Below are positions 13,126 to 29,330 of a DNA stretch of 64,000 bases, in pieces. The DNA lies in the NCBI GenBank assembly GCA_951406725.2, contig OX597818.1:62806001-62870000 (forward strand), read 5' to 3'. A program made the position numbers and the translations under genes. The first letter of the stretch is position 1. Every line of letters begins with the position of its first letter. The notes under the pieces were generated by a model. That model saw nothing but the letters and a program-made list of their open reading frames with translations, was not told the origin of the DNA and did no database searches. This stretch comes from Octopus vulgaris (taxonomy: Eukaryota).

Positions 13126-13953
13126 AGCCGTAGTGGACGTGAATGTGTACGAATAGCTGGAATCATTAGGCACAATGGCACAGGAGTAAAATATGATGTT
13201 CTTTGTGTGCAGAGACAGTTTTTCTCGGTCATGAGAGGACAGTTATCACACACACACACACACATATATATATATACACACATAAACACATACAAACCCG
13301 CACACAATTTTATACCCTCATCTCTGCGTTCAGATTGTTTAAGTGTTTTAGAAGTGTATTCCATTACGCAGGGGAAGGAACAAGAAAATCAAACAGAAAA
13401 AATATCGGGGAATCGTTTCAATAAACTATAATACACGGGTTAAAACATTGGTCCCATTCCTGATGAAAAGGAATTTTTATTTATTACATCTACATTCAAT
13501 CTGTTCGCATGCTTCTCTTTATAAGTACGTGATAGGTAATCTATGCAGAGGCAATTTCTGAAGATGGGTTTCCCCCAAATATTTCCTTATATCTTCATGT
13601 TTAAAGATGAATGATTCCATATCCTTCCGTTGAAAAAATATATATATATATATTTGAAATATTCCATTTTATGTACAAATTTATATCTGCCTGTATGAAG
13701 AATAAAATGTAAATAAGAAATCAATGCTCATCATTACAATTTGATTTCTATTCAATGGAAGATCTAATACTCACATAATGCAATATTATATGTCTCATTG
13801 TTTGCATTACTTTCAATTTATATATAACTTCAGCTTTATATATCTAAATACACATCGCTACATTGATAAGACCAAACATCATCCGAAATGCATACACAAT
13901 AAATACAGATACATTGACATTCATACATATGGATGTCGCTGTATCTATGTGTA

Positions 13954-14400
<447 letters not shown>

Positions 14401-14996
14401 ATGCGGATATATTGACAAATACGTGTGTATCGATGTGTGTGTGCTTGTGCGTGTATGCACGTGTGTGCGTGTGTCTATGAATATATATATGTTTCTATGT
14501 ATGTATATATGTATATCTTTGTGTACATACAGATGTGTGTATACAGAATCTATAAAAAAAGAAACAACCCACATACATACAAGTATAATTTTGCTGGTGC
14601 ATATAAGCATTCCTGTACACTGCAAAAAGAAAACGATATTATTGAAATGAATCTCATACTTTCTAATCCAGTTAGGAAATGTTATATGTTCTCTTCGAAA
14701 AATGTTCAGAAATCTTCAATATTTATCTTTACTTTGAATGATAAAATTTGATGATTTTTTTCCTCTTCCAGAAGTATACATTTTTGTTTTGTTTCATGAA
14801 TAAACCTTTATATAAATTTATTTAAATCGAAAATGTACAGTATATTTGTATTAGCTGCGTTCAGGAAAAATAAAACGTGAACCCCAAATATAAAAGGAAA
14901 GAAATGTCAGGATAAGGTTTAAACAGAGAGTTGTATATATAAGCTGGTAGGTCGTAGGGATAAGACTGTAATAGTAAATATTATGTACTTTATGAT

Positions 14997-15304
14997 AGGC
15001 ACAGGAGTGGCTGTGTGGTAAGTAGCTTGCTAACCAACCACATGCTTCCAGGTTCAGTCCCACTGCGTGGCATCTTGGGCAAGCGTCTTCTGCTATAGCC
15101 CCGGGCCGACCAATGCATTGTGAGTGGATTTGGTAGACGGAAACTGAAAGAAGCCTGTCGTATATATGTACATACATAAATACATACATACATACATACA
15201 TACATGTATGTATGTATGTATGTATGTATGTATGTATGTATGTATGTATGTATGTATGTATGTATGTATGTATGTATGTATGTATGTATGTATGTATGTA
15301 TGTA

Positions 15305-15368
<64 letters not shown>

Positions 15369-15575
15369 TGTGTGTGTTTGTCCCCTAGCATTGCTTGACA
15401 ACCGATGCTGGTGTGTTTACGTCCCCGTCACCTAGCGGTTCGGCAAAAGAGACCGATAGAATAAGTACTGGGCTTACAAAGAATAAGTCCCGGGGTCGAT
15501 TTGCTCGACTAAAGGCGGTGCTCCAGCATGGCCGCAGTCAAATGACTGAAACAAGTAGAAGAGTAAAAAGAGAGT
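14997..15575 (+). mobile_element. SINE family C, full length, with internal (TACA)/(TATG)n(TG)n microsatellite
   Basis: tRNA-like head aggcacaggagtggctgtgtggtaag..ggttcagtccc, a cttgggcaag motif (CORE-like), an internal repeat at 15165-15378, and tail aatgactgaaacaagtagaagagtaaaaagag. Confidence 0.85.
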
Positions 15576-15929
15576 ATATCAATAGAGTCGAAAGTTCATA
15601 GCGCTGAGTGAGGCACATTCCACGAGTCTTATGAAAGTGGTGGCAAAACAGAAGACCATTATTGGATATCTTTCTTCTGAATAATTCAAGTAATCAAAAA
15701 TAGAGAAAGTATCTTTGAAATATAAATGTTCAATAATTAAATAATAGATTTACTTCTATTGATGGAAGAACATTTAGCTGGAAGATACATTTTGTGGCAG
15801 CATCAATTCTATCTATCTGTCTCTTTGTCTGTCTTTCTGTTTGTCTGTATGTCTGTATACATATATACGAGTACTATATTAATACATACGTATAGTTTCA
15901 TATATAAGTATTTCTTTTATTTTATTCTT

Positions 15930-16080
15930 TTGTTTCTGTTATATTACTGCGGCCATGCTGGAGCACCGCCTTTAGTCGAAAAAATCGACCCCTGTAAGTC
16001 TAGTACTTATTCTATTGGCCACTTTTCCCGAACCGTTTAGTTACAGGGACGTAAACACACCAACATTTGTTGTCAAGCGA
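15930..16080 (-). mobile_element. SINE family C, 3' fragment
   Basis: actgcggccatgctggagcaccgcctttagtcg is the reverse complement of the family C tail. Confidence 0.7.
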
Positions 16081-16114
16081 TATATGTATACACATTTATA
16101 TATTTTTATATACA

Positions 16115-16185
<71 letters not shown>

Positions 16186-16558
16186 TTATATCGACTCGTG
16201 TAACTGGTATATATATATATAGTATATATATATATATATACGTATACATATACGTTTATATATATATGTATATATATATACACATATATCTATATATAAA
16301 TATATTATATATGTGTATATATATATATATTTACATATATACGTATTTGTTTTTACGTATACGTATATATACATATATATTGCAATGCTGTCACTATTAA
16401 AAGTATATACATACACACACAGATATATATACACGTACATACACACATATGTATATCACACATGTACACACACACATATATATGTATACATACATTTACA
16501 TACCCACATACACCCCCACACATATATAGAAGGATATACATGCATAAGTAATTACAAC

Positions 16559-16600
<42 letters not shown>

Positions 16601-17039
16601 GATAGCAGGAGATTTTTGAAATCGCTGCTTTTCATGCTGGCGATTAGTCAGTCGAATGAAAGATTGCAATGTGATAATTTATAAGAGAGCCCATTTGAAA
16701 CACATTGACGATTATTGTTTATGTATATTTGAACACTTGCCAAATGAACGTTTTAGAAAAACGTCAGATATTAATATTTTGAATGACATATTTTTTTTAC
16801 CTAATCACAAGTAAATTCACAGAGCACTTTTATGATTTCTGTATCACATGCGTAAAATTGAAAATGTGGGTAACGTGTCAAATGACAATTTGTTTTGAAG
16901 TGTTTTGTTTTTAATATATGACTAATTTTGAAGTTATGGAAACCTCTGAGTGCGAAGTATATCTTTGTAGACAGTTCATGCTTAGAAATTCATGTGTATA
17001 TATAAACACCAAGTAGATAAATAATTTGCTTTGTGATCA

Positions 17040-17620
17040 TGAGTGCACCAATGATCACGTGTGTCTATGCTCATTTTTGCAGATGTGTGTATGAACGAGT
17101 GTTCTCTCGTGCCGTGCAGCTTGCTCTAGGGCGTTTATACATCCATATCTGTTGACGGTTATTTGTAGTACTTTTCTCGCTTGATTGCGTGCTCGTTTCT
17201 CTTTTTGTCATCTGTGATTTTATTTTTAATCTTGTATATAAATGACGATATTTCCTCCGTCTGGCTGTTTTTTCTCTCTGCAAAACAGAAAGTCCCTTTG
17301 CGGAACAGTTATTTTTACGAGTTGCATTTATTTATCACCCAACGAAAGACATCTGCACCACTGGATGCTCCCCAGCCGGTTGTTGAATATTTATATGGAT
17401 TGTAGTACTCTGTGTCAACCAATATTCTGTGCATGTTTGAATATACATATACAGTACCAATACCAATATCAATTCCTTCTGGAAACTATCTTAAGCATGT
17501 CCTTGAGAATGATTATTTTTGTAGTAATCTTTTGTGCCCAATATTTTAAGGAACTTGTTGAACTTTTTTATGTCCTTAACATGTCCCTGCCACCAAAAAC
17601 TGTATATATGTAATGTAGCA
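17040..17620 (-). pseudogene. Decayed CR1/L2-like RT remnant
   Basis: Minus-strand relics in the expected order: DIKK..VP (cf. DFxKAFDxVP), TVPQ (cf. GVPQG), INALEQAAR (cf. DIxxLERVQR). Confidence 0.35.
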
Positions 17621-18704
17621 ATATGCAACAACCAATAATTAACGCAACCAAACTTCTACATGTTACTTTTGACAATCTTTTTCCAAAGAGTGAAACCGCT
17701 AAAGTAAATAAACATCTTTTAAATTGCATTTTCAAACCTTCTTTCGTATATAATTCCACTCGTGCGGTACCCTACAACTCCACTTTGTTATATATATATA
17801 ATTTTGGGTGCGGAAATATCCATACAGTTTCAAAACAAGGTGAATAAAGTGATATATATATATATATATACATAACAAATGAAAGACGGAGGATGGAATA
17901 TACGAGAATTTATTATTAATCACGACAGTTGTTTGGACACATCTACCCTCGATTCCTCTTGGGTGTGTTGGGCGGGACATTCAATCATCAATATATATAT
18001 TGAGGATTGTGTGTGCAAGAGTTCATGAATTGCATTTTTTCTACTAATATGAAAAGATATCTGTAATCGCATGTTGTATGTCTCGGATTAACAACGATCA
18101 CCATATTTCAGTGTGATGTTCGAGAGACGAGCTACGAGGATTGTTGCTATTAAATATGGAATAAATTTGCTTCATCGTATTGGAAAGTTTTCTTCGGCTT
18201 AAACTAAATTGTATGGTGCAACTTAAGCGGTATTTCGATTAAAGGTCTTCTGATAACGATGACCTAAGCGAAAATGGTTATTTATAAGGTTTAAGCAAAT
18301 CTCGTTATATTAAAATAGATATTTAAAATAAATGGAGTTTTATACCATGTAATATATTGTTTCCTATATCTAAATTGTCAAGTAATAACATTATGCTATA
18401 TATTATATATTCTCATGTTATTCAACGCATTATTGAAAATAAATAGTTCGTTTAGTGGATTAATCGGGAAATAAGATGCTTGTTATGCGTTTAAAAATTT
18501 ATTAACTGTCTTTCGATTATTTCTAAATGAATATATTTTTTTTACTTTTACGGTCGGCAATGAAATGTTAGTAACTGTGTGAGTGGTTGTTTCTCCATAC
18601 CTGTTTTCACAATCACACCTGTTTTCACTCATTAGAATATTCACTAACAAGACCAATCACGAGGAACAGGCTTCTTTTCTTCTATTTTATGATACCAGAT
18701 TTTA

Positions 18705-18932
18705 AGGCGGCGAACTGGCAGAACCGTTAGCACGCCGGGCGAAATGCGTAGCCGTATTTCGTCTGCCGTTACGTTCTGGGTTCAAATTCCGCCGAGGTCG
18801 ACTTTGCCTTTCATCCTTTCGGGGTCAATAAATTAAGTACCAGTTCACTGGGGTCGATATAATCGACTTAATCCGTTTGTCTGTCCTTGTTTGTCCCCTC
18901 TGTGTGCAGCCTCTTGAGGGCAATGAAGAAAA
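18705..18932 (+). mobile_element. SINE family B monomer
   Basis: Full head, core and tail, with TSD tattttatgata(cc/tg)agattt. Confidence 0.9.
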
Positions 18933-19049
18933 ATATTTTATGATATGAGATTTGTTTTCTTCATTCGTTCACACAAACGTCTATATGTCGCTCCTCTTTT
19001 CTCTCTCTTTCTCTCTCACACTATCTCAATATCACATATAAGCACCGGG

Positions 19050-19230
19050 TAATGAACTGGTACAACCGTTCACACAGCGGACATGATGCCCAGTGGCATT
19101 TCGTCCGTTTTTTCATTCTGATTTCAAATTCCACCGAGGTCGATTTTGCCTTTCTTCTTTCGGAGTCGATAAAATAAGTACCAGTCGAGTTCCCAGCCTC
19201 GAAATTATTAGCTTCGTGTCAAAATCTTAA
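19050..19230 (+). mobile_element. Degenerate SINE family B
   Basis: ttcaaattccaccgaggtcgattttgcc..gtcgataaaataagtaccag. Confidence 0.6.
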
Positions 19231-19879
19231 AATAATATTACAGACAAGTTTGCCTTTGTGTTCAAACACACAATCACACATGCACAAACACCTATGTGAA
19301 TGTGTATTTTCATAAGAAGTTTACATTATAAGAACTTAGAAATTACGCGAAATATTAAGCAGATTATTATTAACAATGGAAATCGTGAAAATAATAGCTG
19401 GCTAAATTTTTTATCTTCGGAAAAGGGTCGATAGAAACCTCAAACAGATTTCCATCAACCGTATATTCTGAAACAATGTTTTACATGCCTCTCGTTAATA
19501 GCATTAACTACTTCGAGTTCAATTGTAAAAATTAATCTACTAAGCGCATACATATACACATATACTACAAACACACCTACATTCATTTAACAGAAGAAGA
19601 GAATGGAGATTAGGAAGTTAATAATTATTTATTATTAACAGAAAATTGGTCATTTTTAATTACAACTGTTTCTATTAATACTCAATGAAAATTGAATTTA
19701 CATTTATGCGACGTGAGCATTATATCGTCAGAGGTAAAACGATTTACTTCTGATGCTATATGTGTGTTTGTGAAATACTTATTATGTTAAGGAAATACAT
19801 TTCCTCCAAATATTAGATATTGAATCAGTATTTCCCAGGATGAAACTATCCCTTCATGAGGTTAACACATCTAATTAAA

Positions 19880-19956
19880 TATATATATATATATAAATGT
19901 ATTGGTATCGATACTGATACGAGTGTGGAGTCTAATGTCAGCCTTGTATTAGCATG

Positions 19957-20003
<47 letters not shown>

Positions 20004-20037
20004 ATATATATATATTGTGTATGTGCGTATATATATC

Positions 20038-20072
<35 letters not shown>

Positions 20073-20377
20073 ATAAGTATACATATATATATGTATATAC
20101 ATATATATATATATATACATATATACATATATATATACATATATATATATATATATGGATATATATATATACATATATGTATACATACATACATATACAT
20201 ACATACATATATATATACATACATACATATATATATACATACATATATATATATACATACATATATATATACATACATATATATATATATACATACATAC
20301 ATATATATACATACATACATATATATATATACATACATATATACATACATATATCCATCTATATATACATATATCCA

Positions 20378-20435
<58 letters not shown>

Positions 20436-20960
20436 TGCGAACACATGCACACATCCACACGTCCACTCACGTACGGTCCTTGCGTGAACATCTACATAAG
20501 GAAGTATACACTCCAAAATTACTTGATTGATTCATTGATTGCAAAACAGCAAGTCTTTAAACATGGCTGGCATTACACATAGAAAGACATAGCTGAAAGA
20601 AATATTGATGTAGCCCTGTTTTAAATAATCAAATGAAGCGTAAGATTTTAAGCGCAGTTAAGATTTTACTTGCCTTTTTTGAATTATCAATATAAGAAAT
20701 ACAATTCTCTCACATTCTTTGTAGTTTGGACTGATTTCTTTTTAAAATATTATAGTTGTTTTATATGGTGTTCATGTTTTGCTGCGTGAAGTATCATTCT
20801 CAGAGTATCTATCAACGTATCTATGGATGTAGTTCTATCTGTCTGTTTCTCATTCTGTCTCTTATTCCCCCTCTCCTTATGTGTGTCTCCATCAATCATT
20901 TTCTCCTTATCTACTTCTGGCTATATGTACGTAGGTACGTATGTATATGTATGTGTGTAT

Positions 20961-21054
<94 letters not shown>

Positions 21055-21106
21055 TATATCCCTCTCTTCTTCCCTTTTGTTATATATTAACACGAAGAAT
21101 GCGTCA

Positions 21107-21164
<58 letters not shown>

Positions 21165-21288
21165 ATATATACACATACATATATATGTAGGCCTAAGTAT
21201 ATGATATATTACAACAAGCAGATGCATACATTCGTGTGCAGATACCAACTCATACACATCTCTCTCTCTCTCTTTCTCTGTCCCTTTA

Positions 21289-21327
<39 letters not shown>

Positions 21328-21798
21328 GCGCACACACACTTATATATGCTTATATATATATATATATATATGAATGAATATACGTGTGTATATATGTATG
21401 TATATATGTGCGTATATATGTTTGCGCATGTATGTATGTATATATATATTTTATATATATATATATATAAAAAATATGTATATGTGTGTGTGAGCGCTTA
21501 TATGTGTGCGTGTGTGTGTGAGTGTGTGTATGACTCTAAACTTGACTTCATTCATTCATTCATTCTGAAAGAGCAAGCGAATGAGTCAGGTTATAAAAGA
21601 TGTTGCTGTGGAACAGAATTGATTTCCATTTTATCTAACTAATTTACCCAGCGAATGGCTTTTATGATAGATTCCGTTATTATAACAGGCAAGATATTTA
21701 TGAGACGCAATCATGTACTTTTAAGGTAAAATTGCATCTAACAATGTATGTATTCAAATAAGCACACAGATATATGCTCCTATATCTTAATTTGAATA

Positions 21799-21853
<55 letters not shown>

Positions 21854-21859
21854 ATATAT

Positions 21860-21918
<59 letters not shown>

Positions 21919-22014
21919 TCTATATATATATGTATATATATATATGTATATATATATATGCATATATACATATATATATATACATGTATATATATATATA
22001 TATATGTGTATATA

Positions 22015-22077
<63 letters not shown>

Positions 22078-22123
22078 GTGTATATATATACATATATATA
22101 TGTATATATATATTATATATATG

Positions 22124-22154
<31 letters not shown>

Positions 22155-22268
22155 GTATATATATGTATGTATATATATATATGTATATATATATGTATAT
22201 ATATATATATGTATATATACATATATATACATATATATATATAGATACAAATATATATATATATACAC

Positions 22269-22325
<57 letters not shown>
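19880..22325. repeat. Cluster of (TA)n, (TACA)n, (CT)n and (TATG) microsatellites
   Basis: Tracts at about 19880-20435, 20965-21480 and 21800-22325. Confidence 0.9.
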
Positions 22326-22327
<2 letters not shown>

Positions 22328-22688
22328 TAATGATATTCAGACAATTACGTATATACGCGTTTTCACCTTAACATGTTGGAATTATTGAAATGCAAGTTAT
22401 TGAAAGCTTTACATGAATACGCAATTTATAATTTGCTGTGCATATATGCGCTGGAATTTAATAAAATGTATATCGGGCAGATAAGAGTAAAGGAACGTGC
22501 ATGCAATTATGGGATTTATAAACCTATGTTTTATGTGTAGATGTAAAACGTCTACGGACTCACGCAACATGTGTGTATATATGTAGATATATGCATAAAC
22601 TAACATATACGCACAGATGGCCAGACACACACACGGATGTGTATACAGATATAGACATGAATCTATTGCATTGTAATTATTCATCTTG

Positions 22689-22734
<46 letters not shown>

Positions 22735-23562
22735 TTCTCTCCCTCTCTCACTCTCTTTATCTATCTTTCGCTCTCACACCTTCGCTTTTTCTTTGCAAAT
22801 ATATAGGATGCGAGCATACAAATACCGATCTATATCTATCTATTTATATACATATGTATACATACACGGGCACACACGAATACACCACTTATTGCATAAA
22901 AGAATGTACAGGTATATATATGTCTATGTATATGCCGGCGTTGTTTGGGGATTTTTGAATTTCATACACCCAGCCACGTATACACATATACACATATATA
23001 TATAAAGCGAGGGAGAGAGAGAATGAAATTAAAGCGAGTACCACACACACATGAACGCACACATATATATTGTATATGGATATGTGTGTATTCTAATACA
23101 CACGCAAACACATTCTTTTCACCTACGTAGTATGAACCTGTGTGTATATATATATATGACTGTATCAAAATGAATTCGTGAATACAGTTTCTTATTTCAA
23201 ACAAAATTTTTTTTTTTTTTTTTGGTTTTCCTCTGAACATAACCAACACACCGAATAATTTACAGTAACTACCGTACGAAGTAAAATATACATATTAAAC
23301 TCCATGGAACTTGACATTTTACCAATGTGGACGTAAGACTATAAAAGATTTAAAACAAAAAACAGAAGCACTATGAATATATAAATCAAGGATATTCTCT
23401 CTCGTTTTCTAAAGTTGGCAATAAATAATGATTTATTCTGATTTTGTAAACTGTCTTACCACCTTCAAGTACATTACACGTTTGACAGGGCAGTATATAA
23501 TACAGCGAAAGAAGTGGAAGAGAATAGGAAAAGCAGTCTTGACCCAACTGTCTCTTTTCTTC

Positions 23563-23597
<35 letters not shown>

Positions 23598-23836
23598 CCT
23601 TAGTACTTCTTTTACTCATAAAATGAATCTAAGAAAAATAAACTTAGCAAGAAATATTGTTGGTATCTCTTTAAATATATGTGGAAATAAAAAAAAAAAT
23701 CTTTCCGAAATAAAAACGCACGAACAGAATATACAATGAAACACGTACATTTTAGAATATTTGTATTATGGGTTTTAATATTAGAATTATATACAAAAAA
23801 AATAAAAGACAAACTAATATGTATATGTATACGTGT

Positions 23837-24350
<514 letters not shown>

Positions 24351-25009
24351 GTATTAAATTATATTATATATTTGATGAGTGTGTGCGTGTGTACATACGT
24401 AAAATAAAAAAATGAATAAAGCAAGGAATAAATAACACATGAAAAACGAAATGAATGAATAAAATTGTTCGATTACACGCTTGTGAGTCGGTTGTGGAGA
24501 AAAATTAAATAAAAAGCCCTACAGATGCACACAACCGTGAACAGCAAACTTCTCGAGTTTTCTATGTAGTGACATTTCAAAGGAAAACAATTCATCTTTT
24601 GAAATCTGAAAGGAAAAATCTCTGTGTTGGAAGAATTAAGAGTGAGCGTTTGGTGGCCCCTCCCATTGCCAAATCAAAAAAAGTAAAATAAATAGGAGGA
24701 AAAAGAAGAAAAAAAATGTATTGAAGAGATATTGGCAGGAGATCTGGAGAGGAACTGATTGATAGCTTTGTAATTGAGCAGTTAAGAAGGCTGTCGGTAC
24801 TATGTTCGGATTTAATTAGTGATCTGCACTTTACGGCAGACTTTGTAGTTACACACAAGTAGCTACCGCGGCGAAACACCATCATCCACGGCCAGCGTCG
24901 TCGGCGTCGTCAATAGGAGCACTAACAACAACAAGAACAACGTGAACAAAGGATAAAGAAAAAAAAAGAGGCTCATAATAGCCTCATAAAAATCCCTCCT
25001 AAAGAACAC

Positions 25010-25010
<1 letters not shown>

Positions 25011-25057
<47 letters not shown>

Positions 25058-25312
25058 AATAATAATACAATAATAATAATTATGTTGATGATGATTATGA
25101 TGATTATGATTAGGATGATGATGATGATGAGGATGATGATGATTATGATGACGATGATGATTATGCTGATGATGATGGTGATTATGTGGATGATTATGAG
25201 TATTATGATGATGATGATGATGACGATGGTGATTTCATTTTATATTTTATTAATAATAATTATATTGATATTATTATTAGTATTATTTGCATTAACATCA
25301 TCAGCATCATCA

Positions 25313-25374
<62 letters not shown>

Positions 25375-25506
25375 GTTATTATTATTATTTACTAGCAGTA
25401 GTAGTAGTCTTTGTAGTGGTAGTATCAGAATCTGTGTAACTGCTACTACTACTGATGATGATGATGACGATGATGATGTTGATGATAATGTTGATGATGA
25501 CGATGA
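25011..25506. repeat. Trinucleotide cluster (AAT)n, (GAT)n, (TTA)n
   Basis: Read directly from the sequence. Confidence 0.9.
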
Positions 25507-26150
25507 TTGTCATTATTTCTTTTTGGCAACCAGAACGAAAAGCGAAGTCCTATACAAGACAGCTGGGGGAATTTATATGGTCTAGAAAAGAGAAATCAGC
25601 AAAAATTGAAGAACAATATTAACGGAATGATTTGTAATCGCCATAAAGCAAAGAGAGAAAAAAGAAATAATGCAGAAAGGATGTTTAAATTGGGGTACAA
25701 CTTGAGGTTGATTCGGGTCACTCCATTCAAAACTCTGTGTTACTCTGACATACCAAAGACAAGTGATAGTTGCTCTCTTGCTGTCAGATTACCCCCCACC
25801 CATATAAATTTGAGCAGGTCCATTTAACCACATTGATTTCGCCATTGTCACCTACTTTACTAAAAATTTCTTAATGGGCCGCACATCCCGCTTTCTTTTC
25901 GCGTTTCATTGTAAGGAGTCCTTAAAGAAGATGAAACAGGATTCATTTGAAGGAATAGTCTCTGAGATGAAATATTCCAATCGCATCTATCACAAAGCTA
26001 TCTTTGTATTTACGTAACAGAAAACTACTCGCAGTTCTTGACAAAGACGTGACGCGTTCGTCAGACAGAATCCAGTGTTTGTGAACAACAGCGTTATATA
26101 ATTTCAAATACAAGCCATTATTTTAATTGTCTTCGTAATCATACCATGGA

Positions 26151-26501
26151 TGGAAGCACTCCGTCGGTTACGACGACGAGGGTTCCGGTTGATCCGATCA
26201 ACGGAACAGCCTGCTCGTGAAATTAACGTGTAAGTGGCTGAGCATTCCACAGACACGTGAACCCTTAACGTAGTTCTCGGGGATATTCAGCGTGACACAG
26301 GTACAACAGAAACAGGAAGTAAGAGTGAGAGAAAGTTGTGGTGAAAGAGTACAGCAGGGATCACCACCACCCCCTGCCGGAGCCTCGTGGAGCTTTAGGT
26401 GTTTTCGCTCAATAAACACTCACAACGCCCGGTCTGGGAATCGAAACCGCGATCCTATGACCGCGAGTCCGCTGCCCTAACCACTAGGCCATTGCGCCTC
26501 C
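26151..26501 (-). mobile_element. SINE family A with a short internal deletion
   Basis: TSD aatcataccat (26137-26147 and 26502-26512). The deletion joins gacacag to gtacaac at an acag microhomology. Confidence 0.9.
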
Positions 26502-26519
26502 AATCATACCATACGTGCA

Positions 26520-27170
26520 TGGGCGCACATCATACAAACAGAGAAAATTGTAACTACAAAAAACAATATAAAAACAATATTTCTACAACGTTATCATTAC
26601 AGAGATGAAACATAAGAGGAAAACAAAACGACGCAGAAACAACTCCCGGGAAATATAAGCTTAATACAAAGGTTTGATATATCGTGGAATATACCCTGCC
26701 AATATCCTAATATACTGAAAATATACACAAAATTAGCACATAACAACTTTGATAGGTTTCGGCCAGTATAGGCCCAAGCGATGTCTAGCTTAATAGCACC
26801 ACCAAGTAACTTAATAGCACCACTACATTACAAGTTCTTACAAATCTACTAAAATGAAATACAACATATAAATACATGCAGCGACTAACATGTCGTTACT
26901 ACATTAGGTTTCACCTCTCGAACTTTCTGTCAGAGCATAAAAACGACCTACAACGTCATATTAAATACACAATCTCTTTGACTCTCAATAAATCCATTTA
27001 TGGAATGTATGGGAACAAATGTTTTTGAAGTCTCATGTTGTCGTTCAATACTCGAAATAAGGCGAAAATAGTCACCCGATAACTGATGAAGGGTTTTTCT
27101 CAAAGCTACTTGTCCTGGTTTCCATTTCTCTCTCGTTATTTATGTATTTAACTCGTTTGTTTTCGTACTT
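26520..27170 (+). mobile_element. Penelope-like 3' remnant (GIY-YIG relic plus pLTR with CTGATGA)
   Basis: tactacatt..ttcacctctcgaactttc reads YYI.FTSRTF (cf. YIGxTxRxF). CTGATGA is at 27083-27089, but the rest of the hammerhead core is decayed. Confidence 0.4.
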
Positions 27171-27221
27171 CATGTCATTTACACAGTTGGTGACTTCCTG
27201 TACCCATAAACAAATACATAT

Positions 27222-27604
27222 AGACGCACGAGTGGCTCTGTGGTTCCGAGTTCAGTCCCACTTCGTGGCAGCTTGGGCAAGTGTCGGCTACTCTAACCTC
27301 GGGTTGACCATAGCCTTGTGAGTGGATTTGGTAGACGGAAACTGAAAGAAGCCCGTCGTATATATACATATATATATATATTATATGCATATGTTTCTGT
27401 GTCTGTGTTTATCCTCCCACCATCACTTGACAACCTCTGTTGGTGTGCTTACGTTTCCATAACTGAGCAGTTTGGCAAAGAGGCCGATAGAATAAGTACT
27501 AGGCTTACAAAGAATATGTCCTGTGGTCGATTTGTTCGAGTATAGGCAGTGCACCAGCATGGCCGAAGTCTATTAACTGAAGCAAATTAAAGATTAAAAG
27601 AATA
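27222..27604 (+). mobile_element. SINE family C, near full length
   Basis: Collinear with 14997-15575, with a shorter internal (TA) tract. Confidence 0.85.
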
Positions 27605-28549
27605 ACTAGAATAATTCAAAGAGCATTTTATACTGAAGGTGAGTGTATAAGAATGAGAAGAAATACAAGGAGTAAAAGCTGGAATCTGAGTTGCTTAATA
27701 TAATGCGAAATAATTGAAGAAGAGAGGAGAATACGTAAACATCGACACTAAGTTTTAGAGTAAAATTTAATTGAATAAGACTTCCATCGGTTGATCTTTT
27801 CAATATGAATAGACATAAATGAACAGGCCTGGGTATAATAATTTGAGGAAGCTTCTCCCCTGGAACTCCATCGGTCTTTATCAAGTCAAAGCCGCTGACT
27901 TTGCAGAACAGTTTGAAACCATTATAATTTCAGGTAATACTGTCTCAACTATTCTATATACTGCGAGATATTTTGTTCGAATCAATGAAAGTCACTCTAA
28001 ACCACCAATCTTATTTTGTATAAGTTCACCGATCTCGAAATAATGAAAGTCAAAATTGATCTCGGTCTTACTTCATCTCTGCGCACAGAGAATTCAACCA
28101 AACATCGCGAGACATTATCTAATTTGCCATTAACCATAAACTATTTAAGACTGTTGAAGCTTGATTATAGAGTGTATTTTGAACCACAATGACAGCTTAC
28201 AGATGAAAATACATTGATTCATATTTCAGAGGTTTGTAAAATGTTTGGTTCGTGGTAGAAGAAATGAGTGAGTCGCATAAAGTGGAAGCGAATGCAAATG
28301 TCATGTATCTGACAGTCTTATTCTTACTAGAAATATATTAATGACGTCTACAGTTTAGTGAACACAGAGGCTAACTCTGGAATAACGGTTTAAGAATAGT
28401 AGAAATGGCATAGTTGAGATCGATCGTACGGTTGATTTTGAGCAGCAGTAAGAACGTATTTTTTTTTTAATAATGTAGTTTTATTAAAAAGAAAAGGTAA
28501 TTTATATAATGTACAGCCTTTATTAAAGATTCATAACGCGTTTCCGTTT

Positions 28550-29330
28550 TTCAATCACAAGTGAAAGAAAATCGTTTGTCTTTGAAAAACACTGAATTCA
28601 ATTAAGAATTACTGGTATATTCTTATTGGGAAGGTAAAAGTAATATCTTGTTTCAGCCGCTTGCGTACTTACGGAGTATACGACCAGCTGAATTTAAGAT
28701 AGCACAATATATATCACAATGTTTTAAGGTTTTCCTGGCCGACAGCCATTCATAAATTAAATATAGAGAATAGATTTTAAGAAAGGTAAAGAAAGAATTT
28801 GAAAAATTTAACCAATACAAGTCATTAAGCAAATATCGGAAGTGAAGTGTATATATACCTGTAGATTCGTGTGTATAAAAATATGATTAAGGGAATGATG
28901 TATACCGCTGTGAGACAAGCTCCTTAAAATGATGAATGGATTTTACCTCAACATTAATCTCTGAAGATCATATTGATCAAAACTGATCTAATGCTACTTA
29001 AAACGAGAAGATTGCGTGGAGATATCTTCTAAATATTTAAAATTCCTTAGGCAGGGTTTGGTAAATGTCGATTAAATATTTCATTCGGTATATAATCTTT
29101 TGTCTTTGTTTCTGTTGTCATTGCAGTTGTTGAATAATCTCATTCAGCCCTGCTTGAATAGATTTATAGCACTTAAGTCGGTTTATTGAAAACACGGGAC
29201 GATGAAAATCAAGCAATGTCGAGAATGTTGTTTCAGTCTCGACTTGGATTATGGAACATTCAGTCGATTATTATAGGCCAAATGTTATTGTTCTGACAGT
29301 GTTTCAGTCACACATATCCCACCTTTATTA
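28550..29330 (+). pseudogene. CR1-like LINE ORF2 3' remnant
   Basis: LKTRRLRGDIF*IFKI at about 29000 (cf. LExRRLRGDLIxxFKI), with downstream TR/WN relics. Confidence 0.5.

Noticed and set aside
18118-18140. Short matches to miR-993-like (here) and miR-10-like (about 28857) sequence
   Set aside because: Only about 11 nt match and I see no precursor hairpin.
25011-25390. (AAT)n..(ATT)n potential hairpin
   Set aside because: Complementary simple repeats are expected by chance at this microsatellite density.
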